64,000 bases of DNA from Escherichia phage APCEc01, in the sequence record NC_029091.1; one strand, 5' to 3'. The position numbers were made by a program, and so were the translations under genes. Shown one piece after another: positions 47,881-55,972 of this stretch; position 1 is the stretch's first letter; the number at the start of each line of letters is the position of its first letter. The notes under the pieces were generated by a model. It saw only the letters and a list, made by a program, of their open reading frames with translations, did not search any database and was not told where the DNA came from.

Positions 47881-48179
47881 ATGAAAACATTACTAGAGAA
47901 TTACATCAAACGGTCTGATGAGTATATTGATATCTGCCGTGGAATGACACTTGTAGATTATGACAAAGATGCAGCAAAGGCACTAGATGAAGCAGGTAAA
48001 GCTCTTCGTAAAGCTGCTAAAGAAAAAGGGTTGGATTTGCAACAACTCAAAAGTCATATGATTAAATTTATTTCTTCAAACGTTAGAAGTACGTCAATTA
48101 ATAAAAACGTTGCTGAAATTAATAAAGACCGGCGCGAACTCAACATTCGTATTCTTGAAGCTTTCTTAGGAATCAAATA

Positions 48180-48180
<1 letters not shown>
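47881..48180 (+). CDS. Hypothetical protein (99 aa)
   Basis: GAGGAA SD; promoter-proximal. Confidence 0.65.
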
Positions 48181-49266
<1,086 letters not shown>

Positions 49267-49267
<1 letters not shown>

Positions 49268-49458
49268 TGAAACGATTATATGAAGTGATTGAGGCCATCG
49301 AACATCATAAAGAATATTTGTTTGTAGCATGGCCTTTAGTAAATGGACAGTTCGGTATTGATGTGCTGGACTATGAGCATGAAGAACGTTTGGATGGCGG
49401 TATATTTGATAACGTCGACCAGGCAATTGAATGGTTAAATGAAAACTATGTACGATAA
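49267..49458 (+). CDS. Hypothetical protein (63 aa)
   Basis: TAATG coupling with pseT. Confidence 0.6.
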
Positions 49459-49663
49459 ACATCATGAAATCGAAGATGAAGCATACAAAATGCTTCGTAA
49501 ACTAGTGGGACTTAATATGAGTCCTACATTAATCAACAAACTCGCAGGAATTCGTAATGATCTGAATACTCGTTACAAAGGCGAATATCATGTAGAGTTT
49601 GTTCCTGTAGGTGAACCGACCGAGCGATTTGTTGTTCGAGTTAAAGTAAATACTGTACACTGA
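49439..49663 (+). CDS. Hypothetical protein (74 aa)
   Basis: Overlaps the upstream ORF. An alternative ATG at 49448 is possible. Confidence 0.55.
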   Translation: MKTMYDKHHEIEDEAYKMLRKLVGLNMSPTLINKLAGIRNDLNTRYKGEYHVEFVPVGEPTERFVVRVKVNTVH

Positions 49664-49670
49664 GGTAATT

Positions 49671-49946
49671 ATGTTCCCAACTTATTCTGAAATTGTAAAG
49701 GTAGTCTTCAGTCAGATTATTGCTAATAATATGTTTGAAGTGCTTGATAATGCAGCCGAACTCAGAGTTCATGCTCAACTAACTCATGTACTCAATGCTT
49801 TGCTCCCAGACCAAGTAGATTCTATTGCTATTACTCTTCTCCCTGGGTCTGCACACGTCATAGTGGTATTTGATCTTGACGGCGATTTAGTTATCCAATG
49901 TGATATCAATTTCGGTACACAAAAAATTGAATGCAAAGCAATTTAA
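49671..49946 (+). CDS. Hypothetical protein (91 aa)
   Basis: GAGGT SD. Confidence 0.6.
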   Translation: MFPTYSEIVKVVFSQIIANNMFEVLDNAAELRVHAQLTHVLNALLPDQVDSIAITLLPGSAHVIVVFDLDGDLVIQCDINFGTQKIECKAI

Positions 49947-49948
49947 TG

Positions 49949-49978
49949 GTTTACAACATGGTGGAGTTGTGATACTAT
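49949..49978 (+). promoter_or_regulatory. T4-type early promoter within a stem-loop
   Basis: GTTTAC, 18-nt spacer, TGa + TACTAT. GGTGGAGTT/AACTCTACC imperfect inverted repeat. Confidence 0.7.
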
Positions 49979-50006
49979 AACTCTACCAACAAATGAGGAA
50001 ATAGAA

Positions 50007-50243
50007 ATGCTAAGTGAAAACCCAATTACAGTACACGAATTTCAGATTAAAGTAAAAGAATTTGCTCAAGCACTCATCAATAAAGTGTCTGAACGTTTCC
50101 AAGATGCAACATTACGAGTTATTCAAGAATCTCCACGTTCTTTTCTCATAATCGTTAATCCTAAAGATGGTGACCAAATTACTAATCTTAAATTAGGCAG
50201 TGATGGTCTTGTTGAAGCAACTCGAGTATATGGAACACTATAA
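50007..50243 (+). CDS. Hypothetical protein (78 aa)
   Basis: GAGGAA SD. Confidence 0.65.
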   Translation: MLSENPITVHEFQIKVKEFAQALINKVSERFQDATLRVIQESPRSFLIIVNPKDGDQITNLKLGSDGLVEATRVYGTL

Positions 50244-50355
50244 TGAGAGCTATCTCATTACTATCGAGAATGGTCATAAATCTGAGCACTACCAACTTAG
50301 CCTGTCTAATCCGGTTAAAGGTATTGTTGAATCAGAATCTGTTTATATCTCCTAA
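50230..50355 (+). CDS. Possible small protein (41 aa), below the ORF-track cutoff
   Basis: MEHYNESYLITIENGHKSEHYQLSLSNPVKGIVESESVYIS. Fills the gap before the DAHP synthase gene and overlaps the upstream ORF by 14 nt. Confidence 0.4.
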   Translation: MEHYNESYLITIENGHKSEHYQLSLSNPVKGIVESESVYIS

Positions 50356-50363
50356 GGATTGTT

Positions 50364-51356
50364 ATGTTACCTGTCGTCGGAAAACTTATTTCTCCAAAAG
50401 AACTGGCTGAGATTATTCCTTTGTCGGAAGCTTACGCGTCACAAGTGGTTTCTCATCGCGAACAAGTTAATTCGATTATGAACGGTGAAGACCCACGCAA
50501 ACTTATTGTTGTAGGTCCTTGTTCAATTCATGACCCTATTGCTGCTGTTGAATACGGCAAACGTCTGGCTGAACTTCAAACTCGTCTTCCTAATGTTCTG
50601 TTAGTGATGCGCGTTTATTTTGAAAAGCCTCGAACTACCGTAGGTTGGAAAGGTCTTGTAAATGATCCATATCTTGACGGAAGTTTTGATATGAACCACG
50701 GTCTTATAGTTGCACGAACATTGTGTCGTAAACTTCTACGTATGGGACTTCCATTAGCAACTGAAGTATTAGACCCATTCACGATTAAGTATCTTTCTGG
50801 TATTTTCTCATGGGTTGCTATTGGCGCCCGTACGACTGAAAGTCAGACACATCGTGAAATTGCTTCAGGTCTACCGATGTGCGTAGGCTTCAAGAACGCA
50901 ACCAATGGTTCTATTAAAGTAGCTACAGACGCGATGTATAGTGCCGCCTGGCCTCATCGGTATATGGGTATGGACGTCGATGGTACTGTAGGCATTGTTG
51001 AAGCTGAAGGTAATCAGAATACGCATATCGTATTGCGTGGTGGGACCAACGGTCCGAACTATCATTCTTCTGATATTCAAGAAGCTTCTAACAAAGCAAG
51101 GGCAGTAGGTCTGAATCATTATGTAATGGTTGACTGTAGCCATGCAAACGCTGATGGGCATTATAGCAATCAAATTGGTATTGGTAAAAATTTAGCAGCT
51201 AATGATTTGGTCAAAGGAATTATGATAGAATCGTTCCTACATGAAGGAAATCAAAAAATTTCTGATAATATGTCCTATGGCGTTTCCGTTACCGATGCGT
51301 GCATCAGTTGGGAACAAACTAAAGAGCTGTTAACTTATATTAATAAGGTTCAATAA
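50364..51356 (+). CDS. 3-deoxy-D-arabino-heptulosonate-7-phosphate (DAHP) synthase, class I-alpha (AroG/F/H-like)
   Basis: 330 aa. GPCSIHD, RVYFEKPRTTVGWKGL.NDP, IGARTTESQ.HRE.ASGL, GFKN, CSHAN, IESFLHEGNQ and VTDAC blocks are collinear with remembered E. coli AroG. Confidence 0.9.
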   Translation: MLPVVGKLISPKELAEIIPLSEAYASQVVSHREQVNSIMNGEDPRKLIVVGPCSIHDPIAAVEYGKRLAELQTRLPNVLLVMRVYFEKPRTTVGWKGLVNDPYLDGSFDMNHGLIVARTLCRKLLRMGLPLATEVLDPFTIKYLSGIFSWVAIGARTTESQTHREIASGLPMCVGFKNATNGSIKVATDAMYSAAWPHRYMGMDVDGTVGIVEAEGNQNTHIVLRGGTNGPNYHSSDIQEASNKARAVGLNHYVMVDCSHANADGHYSNQIGIGKNLAANDLVKGIMIESFLHEGNQKISDNMSYGVSVTDACISWEQTKELLTYINKVQ

Positions 51357-51937
51357 TGAAAGCTAGCACATACCTTCAGATTGCATATCTGATTTCTCAA
51401 GAATCAAAATGTTGTTCATGGAAAGTTGGCGCCGTCATTGAAAAAGATGGACGCATTATTTCTACAGGTTATAATGGCTCTCCTTCAGGTGGTACAAACT
51501 GTTGCGAACATGCATCCGAAAACGGTTGGTTGAAGAATAAACCAAGCCCGGTCATCGTTGCTGGTCATAAAGAAGGCACTACAGCATTTGGACGGGCAGA
51601 TAATTTTGTTTTGGCTAAAGAACATCGGGCCGCTCATAGTGCATGGTCTGCTAATAACGAAATCCATGCTGAATTGAATGCCATTTTGTTTGCTGCTCGC
51701 AAAGGTAATTCTATTGAAGGTGCTACGTTGTATACGACACTTTCTCCGTGTCCTGATTGCACTAAAGCTATTACACAGTCAGGTATTAAAAAGGTTGTAT
51801 ATGCAGAATTATATGACCGATCTCCTGAAAATTGGGCAGACATTCTTAAACAAGCTGGTATTGAAGTAATTCAGTACTCTCGTAATAATCTTCGTTCTCT
51901 GAATTGGGAACAAATTCGAAACTTTTGTGGTGAATAA
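51356..51937 (+). CDS. cd: dCMP deaminase
   Basis: 193 aa (same as T4). HAELNAI and PCPDCTKAI zinc motifs. Confidence 0.94.
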   Translation: MKASTYLQIAYLISQESKCCSWKVGAVIEKDGRIISTGYNGSPSGGTNCCEHASENGWLKNKPSPVIVAGHKEGTTAFGRADNFVLAKEHRAAHSAWSANNEIHAELNAILFAARKGNSIEGATLYTTLSPCPDCTKAITQSGIKKVVYAELYDRSPENWADILKQAGIEVIQYSRNNLRSLNWEQIRNFCGE

Positions 51938-51938
51938 T

Positions 51939-52235
51939 ATGATTTTAACTGAACAAGAAACTATGGTTCTTCGTGAACGTATTAAAACTATTCTGTCTGT
52001 AGGCGTTCATTGTGTTGTATTTGAAAAGGCTAACGGTGATGTTCGTACGATGTTTGCCTCCCGCGATGAACTTGAAGTCAAATATGAAAATAACAATCCG
52101 GCAACAGAAGTTCGTTATGAACCTCGTGAATCAGTTCGAGCATTCGATACCAAGTTAGGTCAGTGGCGTTCTTTCCGCCTTGATAAAGTAATTTCGGTTG
52201 ATGGTACTCCGGTAGAACGTTTGCTTCTTATGTAA
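51939..52235 (+). CDS. Hypothetical protein (98 aa), cd.1 position
   Basis: ATG directly after the cd stop. Confidence 0.6.
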   Translation: MILTEQETMVLRERIKTILSVGVHCVVFEKANGDVRTMFASRDELEVKYENNNPATEVRYEPRESVRAFDTKLGQWRSFRLDKVISVDGTPVERLLLM

Positions 52236-52292
52236 TATGCTTTACGACTAGTATGATATTATTAATCTATCGTCAAACAACAAGGAAATAAG

Positions 52293-52625
52293 ATGTCTGA
52301 AGTACAACTCCCAATTCGTGCTGTTGGTGAATATGTCATTCTGGTTTCTGAACCCGCTCAAGCAGGTGATGAAGAAGTTACAGAATCAGGACTTGTGATT
52401 GGTAAACGTGTTCAAGGTGAAGTTCCTGAACTATGTGTAGTTCATTCTGTAGGTCCTGATGTTCCTGAAGGTTTTGTTGAAGTCGGTGATTTGACTCCAC
52501 TACCAGTTGGACAAATTCGAAATGTTCCACATCCATTTGTGGCTTTGGGACTTAAACAACCTAAAGAAATTAAACAGAAATTCGTAACATGCCACTATAA
52601 AGCTATTCCGTGTCTTTATAAGTGA
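52293..52625 (+). CDS. 31: Co-chaperonin gp31 (GroES analogue)
   Basis: 110 aa. Almost identical to remembered T4 gp31 ([34 protein letters not shown]...[11 protein letters not shown]). Confidence 0.96.
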   Translation: MSEVQLPIRAVGEYVILVSEPAQAGDEEVTESGLVIGKRVQGEVPELCVVHSVGPDVPEGFVEVGDLTPLPVGQIRNVPHPFVALGLKQPKEIKQKFVTCHYKAIPCLYK

Positions 52626-52632
52626 TATAAAT
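52625..52632 (+). promoter_or_regulatory. Late promoter TATAAATA upstream of rIII
   Basis: Exact consensus immediately after the gene 31 stop. Confidence 0.6.
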
Positions 52633-52749
52633 AACTATATGAAGAGAACACTCTTCTAAGCGGTAGCCTACAACTGAGAGACTTGTCGAAAGAAGGTGAA
52701 ATTCAGACGAACGTGGCTACTAAATATTATCTCGAATTGAGAATTTAAA

Positions 52750-52998
52750 ATGATTAAACAATTACAACACGCTCTTGAACTGCAACGAAACGCATGGAAT
52801 AACGGTCACGAAAACTACGGCGCGTCGATTGATGTTGAAGCCGAAGCACTGGAAATCCTGCATTATTTCAAACATCTGAACCCGGTACAGGCAGCTTTGG
52901 CTTCTGAACTGGAAGCAAAAGATGAACTGAAATATGCTAAGCCTTTGGCTTCTGCAGCTCGTAAAGCAGTACGTCATTTTGTTATTACCCTTAAATAA
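52750..52998 (+). CDS. rIII: rIII lysis-inhibition accessory protein
   Basis: 82 aa (same as T4). Lies after gene 31. Helical. Confidence 0.8.
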   Translation: MIKQLQHALELQRNAWNNGHENYGASIDVEAEALEILHYFKHLNPVQAALASELEAKDELKYAKPLASAARKAVRHFVITLK

Positions 52999-53295
52999 GT
53001 TTTAGGTGATTCGCTACCTTAAGTGCGGCTAGAAAATCGAGGAGCCGTCGAACTGTCTGATTAATGATTTGCGAATCATTATAGTTTTAAGGCCCCGGCA
53101 GTTTTACGGTGTACCTCTTGAATGTATTTTGTACTATCACGCGTCAGAAAAAGGTTATCTGTCTAAGTCGTGGTTGGTATGATGACGGGTTTATGGTTAT
53201 CCTGTCGGTAAATATTCAAAACCTAAGTACCCCTTTGAGGGCTTTCGCAGGCAATGCCAATAAGTCCTGCATTTTCATTTAAAAGAGAATTTATA

Positions 53296-53472
53296 ATGGC
53301 AAAACAAGTTAAAGCAAAGAAAGCAGTTGAAAAGAAAGTTGGTGATTCTAAACGCGCTGGCTACAAGCGTGGGTCGAACTCTCGTATCAATCAAACTGTT
53401 GAGAAGATCATGCGCCGAGCACGTGCGGTTCTTCGAGATGATGCTTCTCGTTTTGGAAAGGTTGTTGCATAA
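53296..53472 (+). CDS. Highly basic small protein (58 aa)
   Basis: MAKQVKAKKAVEKKVGDSKRAGYKRGSNSRINQTVEKIMRRARAVLRDD... An in-frame upstream ATG at 53254 is possible. Followed by a strong terminator. Confidence 0.55.
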   Translation: MAKQVKAKKAVEKKVGDSKRAGYKRGSNSRINQTVEKIMRRARAVLRDDASRFGKVVA

Positions 53473-53477
53473 TTTTA

Positions 53478-53499
53478 GGGAGACTTCGGTCTCCCTTTT
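53478..53499 (+). terminator. Intrinsic terminator
   Basis: GGGAGAC-TTCG-GTCTCCC followed by TTTT. The hairpin is identical to the one after gene 32. Confidence 0.85.
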
Positions 53500-53531
53500 G
53501 TGCGTTTAGGGCGGAAAAAGTTTAAAAAGAT

Positions 53532-53560
53532 GTTTACTCTCCTGTAGGATGTGTTACTAT
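53532..53560 (+). promoter_or_regulatory. T4-type early promoter (TATAGAC family)
   Basis: GTTTAC, 17-nt spacer, TGt + TACTAT. Confidence 0.7.
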
Positions 53561-53602
53561 AGACTTGTACCACCTAATCAATAAAACAACCTGGAGAACA
53601 AA

Positions 53603-53971
53603 ATGAAAATCAATCTGAACTCATACATCAAATGTAAAGACCATGATGGTTATAAAGCTATCGAAATTAAAGAATTCCAGTGGATGTTATACAAAGAGCA
53701 ATTTGAGTTCGTAGGTTGTATGACCCCTGAAGGTCCTTCTGATGATTTCTCTTGGAAAATTGTGTTAGCAAACTTTTTCACAGGTGACACATACGAATTA
53801 AAAACTATTATTACCGGTAAAATTCGTTCAGAAACATATGTTGACGAAGAAACTGGTTACTCTGAAGATGTTACATGGTATCAAAATGGACGCATTACCG
53901 CAGATAACCTGATCGAAAAAATGAAAGCCAAAGGTGTTTTAAATTTAGACAATTGGATTAAAGTTGCATAA
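53603..53971 (+). CDS. Hypothetical protein (122 aa)
   Basis: GGAG SD; promoter-proximal. Confidence 0.65.
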   Translation: MKINLNSYIKCKDHDGYKAIEIKEFQWMLYKEQFEFVGCMTPEGPSDDFSWKIVLANFFTGDTYELKTIITGKIRSETYVDEETGYSEDVTWYQNGRITADNLIEKMKAKGVLNLDNWIKVA

Positions 53972-53975
53972 AACA

Positions 53976-54004
53976 GTTTACTTTGGTACAGGTTATGTTA
54001 TTAT
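53976..54004 (+). promoter_or_regulatory. T4-type early promoter within a 10-bp perfect stem-loop
   Basis: GTTTAC, 17-nt spacer, TGt + TATTAT. TGGTACAGGT/ACCTGTACCA inverted repeat. Confidence 0.75.
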
Positions 54005-54045
54005 AGACCTGTACCAACAAACAACTTAAACATCTGGAGAATAAA

Positions 54046-54411
54046 ATGAACTACACCAACTTCGAACGTAAATATGTTTCTAACGGTATTGCTGGTTCTT
54101 CTGAAGTTATTTGCTTATGGAAACACGAAAACGGTACAGTTTGTGAAATCGAACAGTGCATGACTCCTAATTACGTTTATATGCGATTTGAAAATGGTAT
54201 CACGGTTTCAATCACGATGGAAGGTTCAAATTTTAAAATTGCATTAGATGATGATTTCCGTCAGCGTGATTTAGGTACTCATCCTTGCTGGAATGGTGTT
54301 AATCGTAAACTTCTGGTTAAAACTTGGATTCGTCATATCCTGAGTAACCGAGCTAAACCTGAACATCTTGAAGCAATCTTTGATGTAGTTCTTAACGAAT
54401 TTGATATCTAA
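54046..54411 (+). CDS. Hypothetical protein (121 aa)
   Basis: GGAG SD; promoter-proximal. Confidence 0.65.
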   Translation: MNYTNFERKYVSNGIAGSSEVICLWKHENGTVCEIEQCMTPNYVYMRFENGITVSITMEGSNFKIALDDDFRQRDLGTHPCWNGVNRKLLVKTWIRHILSNRAKPEHLEAIFDVVLNEFDI

Positions 54412-54418
54412 ATTAATT

Positions 54419-54434
54419 GGGAGCCGAAGCTCCC
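54419..54434. other. Stable hairpin whose UUCG loop reads on the minus strand
   Basis: Plus strand GGGAGC-CGAA-GCTCCC. There is no T-run on the plus strand. Confidence 0.6.
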
Positions 54435-54446
54435 ACTGAGGAAATT

Positions 54447-55061
54447 ATGTTTAAAGTTAATACTTTTTATAAAATGAATTTTAAAAATGGGGATATTACT
54501 CCACACCTTAAAAACATGTTCTCATATGACCTTATTGAGCCTTTTGAAGTTTTAGAAGTTACTGATGCCGGCTCAGTTTGTGAAATTAGAACTTCTGAAG
54601 GTAAAATTTATCAGGCCGGTGTTGGTAAATTCAGTAATTGTTTTACTTTAATATTCTCGACCGATTTAGATGAGCATTTTATTGAATGTCCTAACCCTAA
54701 GGTCTATGAAGTTCCACATCAAGAAACTAAGAAAAATGGACCGCACGAATATACGAAGGTTGAAACTCCTCACGGCGTGATGTGGCGACATAACTCTCCT
54801 TTTGGAAGTAAAGGAACATTTGCTCAACTGGCTAAGCCCTACGACGATGAAAAATATGTAGTAGTCCTTTTATCTGAACAGGGTACTCAAGACCGTGGAT
54901 GCCAGCGTTCTGGTTTATTGAGTGAACTCGAAGCTCATAACCTAGCACGTGAATTCGTTGAGAAAAATCCTGGTTCTGAAGCTCTAGTCATGAAAGCAAT
55001 TACTCAATATATCACTGCTCAACCTGTTGTTCATCCGGTAGAAATTAATTTCATTAAGTAG
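54447..55061 (+). CDS. Hypothetical protein (204 aa); N-terminal domain related to the dispersed paralog family
   Basis: MFKVNTFYKMN...FEVLEVTDAGSVCEIRTSEGKIYQAGVGKF...DLDEHFIEC. The track start at 54417 lies inside the hairpin and is rejected. Confidence 0.65.
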   Translation: MFKVNTFYKMNFKNGDITPHLKNMFSYDLIEPFEVLEVTDAGSVCEIRTSEGKIYQAGVGKFSNCFTLIFSTDLDEHFIECPNPKVYEVPHQETKKNGPHEYTKVETPHGVMWRHNSPFGSKGTFAQLAKPYDDEKYVVVLLSEQGTQDRGCQRSGLLSELEAHNLAREFVEKNPGSEALVMKAITQYITAQPVVHPVEINFIK

Positions 55062-55091
55062 TGTACATCCAAGGACGGATTAGAGTATAAT
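55061..55091 (+). promoter_or_regulatory. T4-type early promoter (CCAAGGA family)
   Basis: GTGTAC, 19-nt spacer, TATAAT. Confidence 0.6.
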
Positions 55092-55115
55092 GATTTCTTT
55101 AGTAAGTGGAAAAAT

Positions 55116-55313
55116 ATGAAATTTTTAATAGCACAAACAGTCCAATTAAAAGGTGTTGGAATCCCTGGGATGATTTTTAAAGTTCTCAACGAATTTAAAA
55201 CTGCCGCTGGAATTATCAATGAAGCGTATGCTGTTCAATGGGTTGATGGGACTTCTGACATACGTATGGGTAAAGAGTTATCTCCTATTAAAGGGTTGAA
55301 ACATGTTGAATAA
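55116..55313 (+). CDS. Hypothetical protein (65 aa)
   Basis: Promoter-proximal ORF. Confidence 0.6.
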   Translation: MKFLIAQTVQLKGVGIPGMIFKVLNEFKTAAGIINEAYAVQWVDGTSDIRMGKELSPIKGLKHVE

Positions 55314-55521
55314 ATTAATCCAGAAATTGTTTGGTACGGAAATGATTGAAGTTACTTATCGTGTAACCGACGTTTTTCCATATTACGCGGAAAACCGTTT
55401 AGAACCATACGTTACGTCAATTAAAATGCCTAAAAATGACAGAAATTTATCTATCGAAGACCGTATACCTGGATACGGACATTGGGCTGATGTTGAAATT
55501 ATAAGTGTTAAAGATGTCTGA
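55303..55521 (+). CDS. Hypothetical protein (72 aa)
   Basis: Overlaps neighbouring ORFs at both ends. Confidence 0.55.
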   Translation: MLNKLIQKLFGTEMIEVTYRVTDVFPYYAENRLEPYVTSIKMPKNDRNLSIEDRIPGYGHWADVEIISVKDV

Positions 55522-55972
55522 ATTAGAAATAAGAAGTAATTTCAAATGGCCGTCATGTGCATTAAGTAACTTTGCTCAATGGCCTTTTGTTATGGATGGT
55601 ATTCAATTCGGAGGTCTTGAAGGATTTCTCCAAGGATGTAAGGTGAAAAATGTTGAACAACAAAGACGTATATTTGGGTTGTCTGGATTGGCTGCACAGC
55701 AAGCTGGAAGGTCTTACGCAAGAGCTCAGGACCGTGGGACTCTCTTCTGGTTAGGAGTTCCATTTTCAAGATACTCCGAAGCGTGGAAAGAATTATACAC
55801 AAATGCATATTTTGAAGCCGCGATCCAAAACAAGGGGTTTCGTGATGCCTTACAAGCCTCTAAAGGAAAAATTTTGAAGCACAGCATGGCCAGCCACCTA
55901 ACAAAAGATGATACAATACTAACTGAAGATGAATTTATTGACGTGTTAAACCTATTAAGAGACTCTTTATGA
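55514..55972 (+). CDS. NADAR (YbiA/DUF1768)-like protein
   Basis: 152 aa. LSNFAQWPFVMDGIQFGGLEGFLQGCKV aligns by eye with the E. coli YbiA block FSNFAAWPIKVDGKTWPTSEHYFQAQKF. A downstream W...F(E/R)..L...K.L.H block also aligns. Confidence 0.5.
   Translation: MSELEIRSNFKWPSCALSNFAQWPFVMDGIQFGGLEGFLQGCKVKNVEQQRRIFGLSGLAAQQAGRSYARAQDRGTLFWLGVPFSRYSEAWKELYTNAYFEAAIQNKGFRDALQASKGKILKHSMASHLTKDDTILTEDEFIDVLNLLRDSL

Noticed and set aside
52240-52262. Possible early promoter CTTTAC...TATTAT upstream of gene 31, and a TTTGCTTCT MotA-like box at 52220
   Set aside because: The spacer between the -35-like and -10-like elements is only 11 nt. The MotA-like box is 4 nt or 23 nt from the candidate -10 hexamers, not 11 to 13 nt. 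No promoter could be supported.
52626-52749. The 124-nt gap between gene 31 and rIII as a possible ncRNA
   Set aside because: It contains a late promoter and only short hairpins (GAAGAG/CTCTTC and a 6-bp GTAGCC/GGCTAC long-range pair). It is most simply the rIII leader and promoter region. T4 has small ORFs (31.1, 31.2) here that are simply absent.
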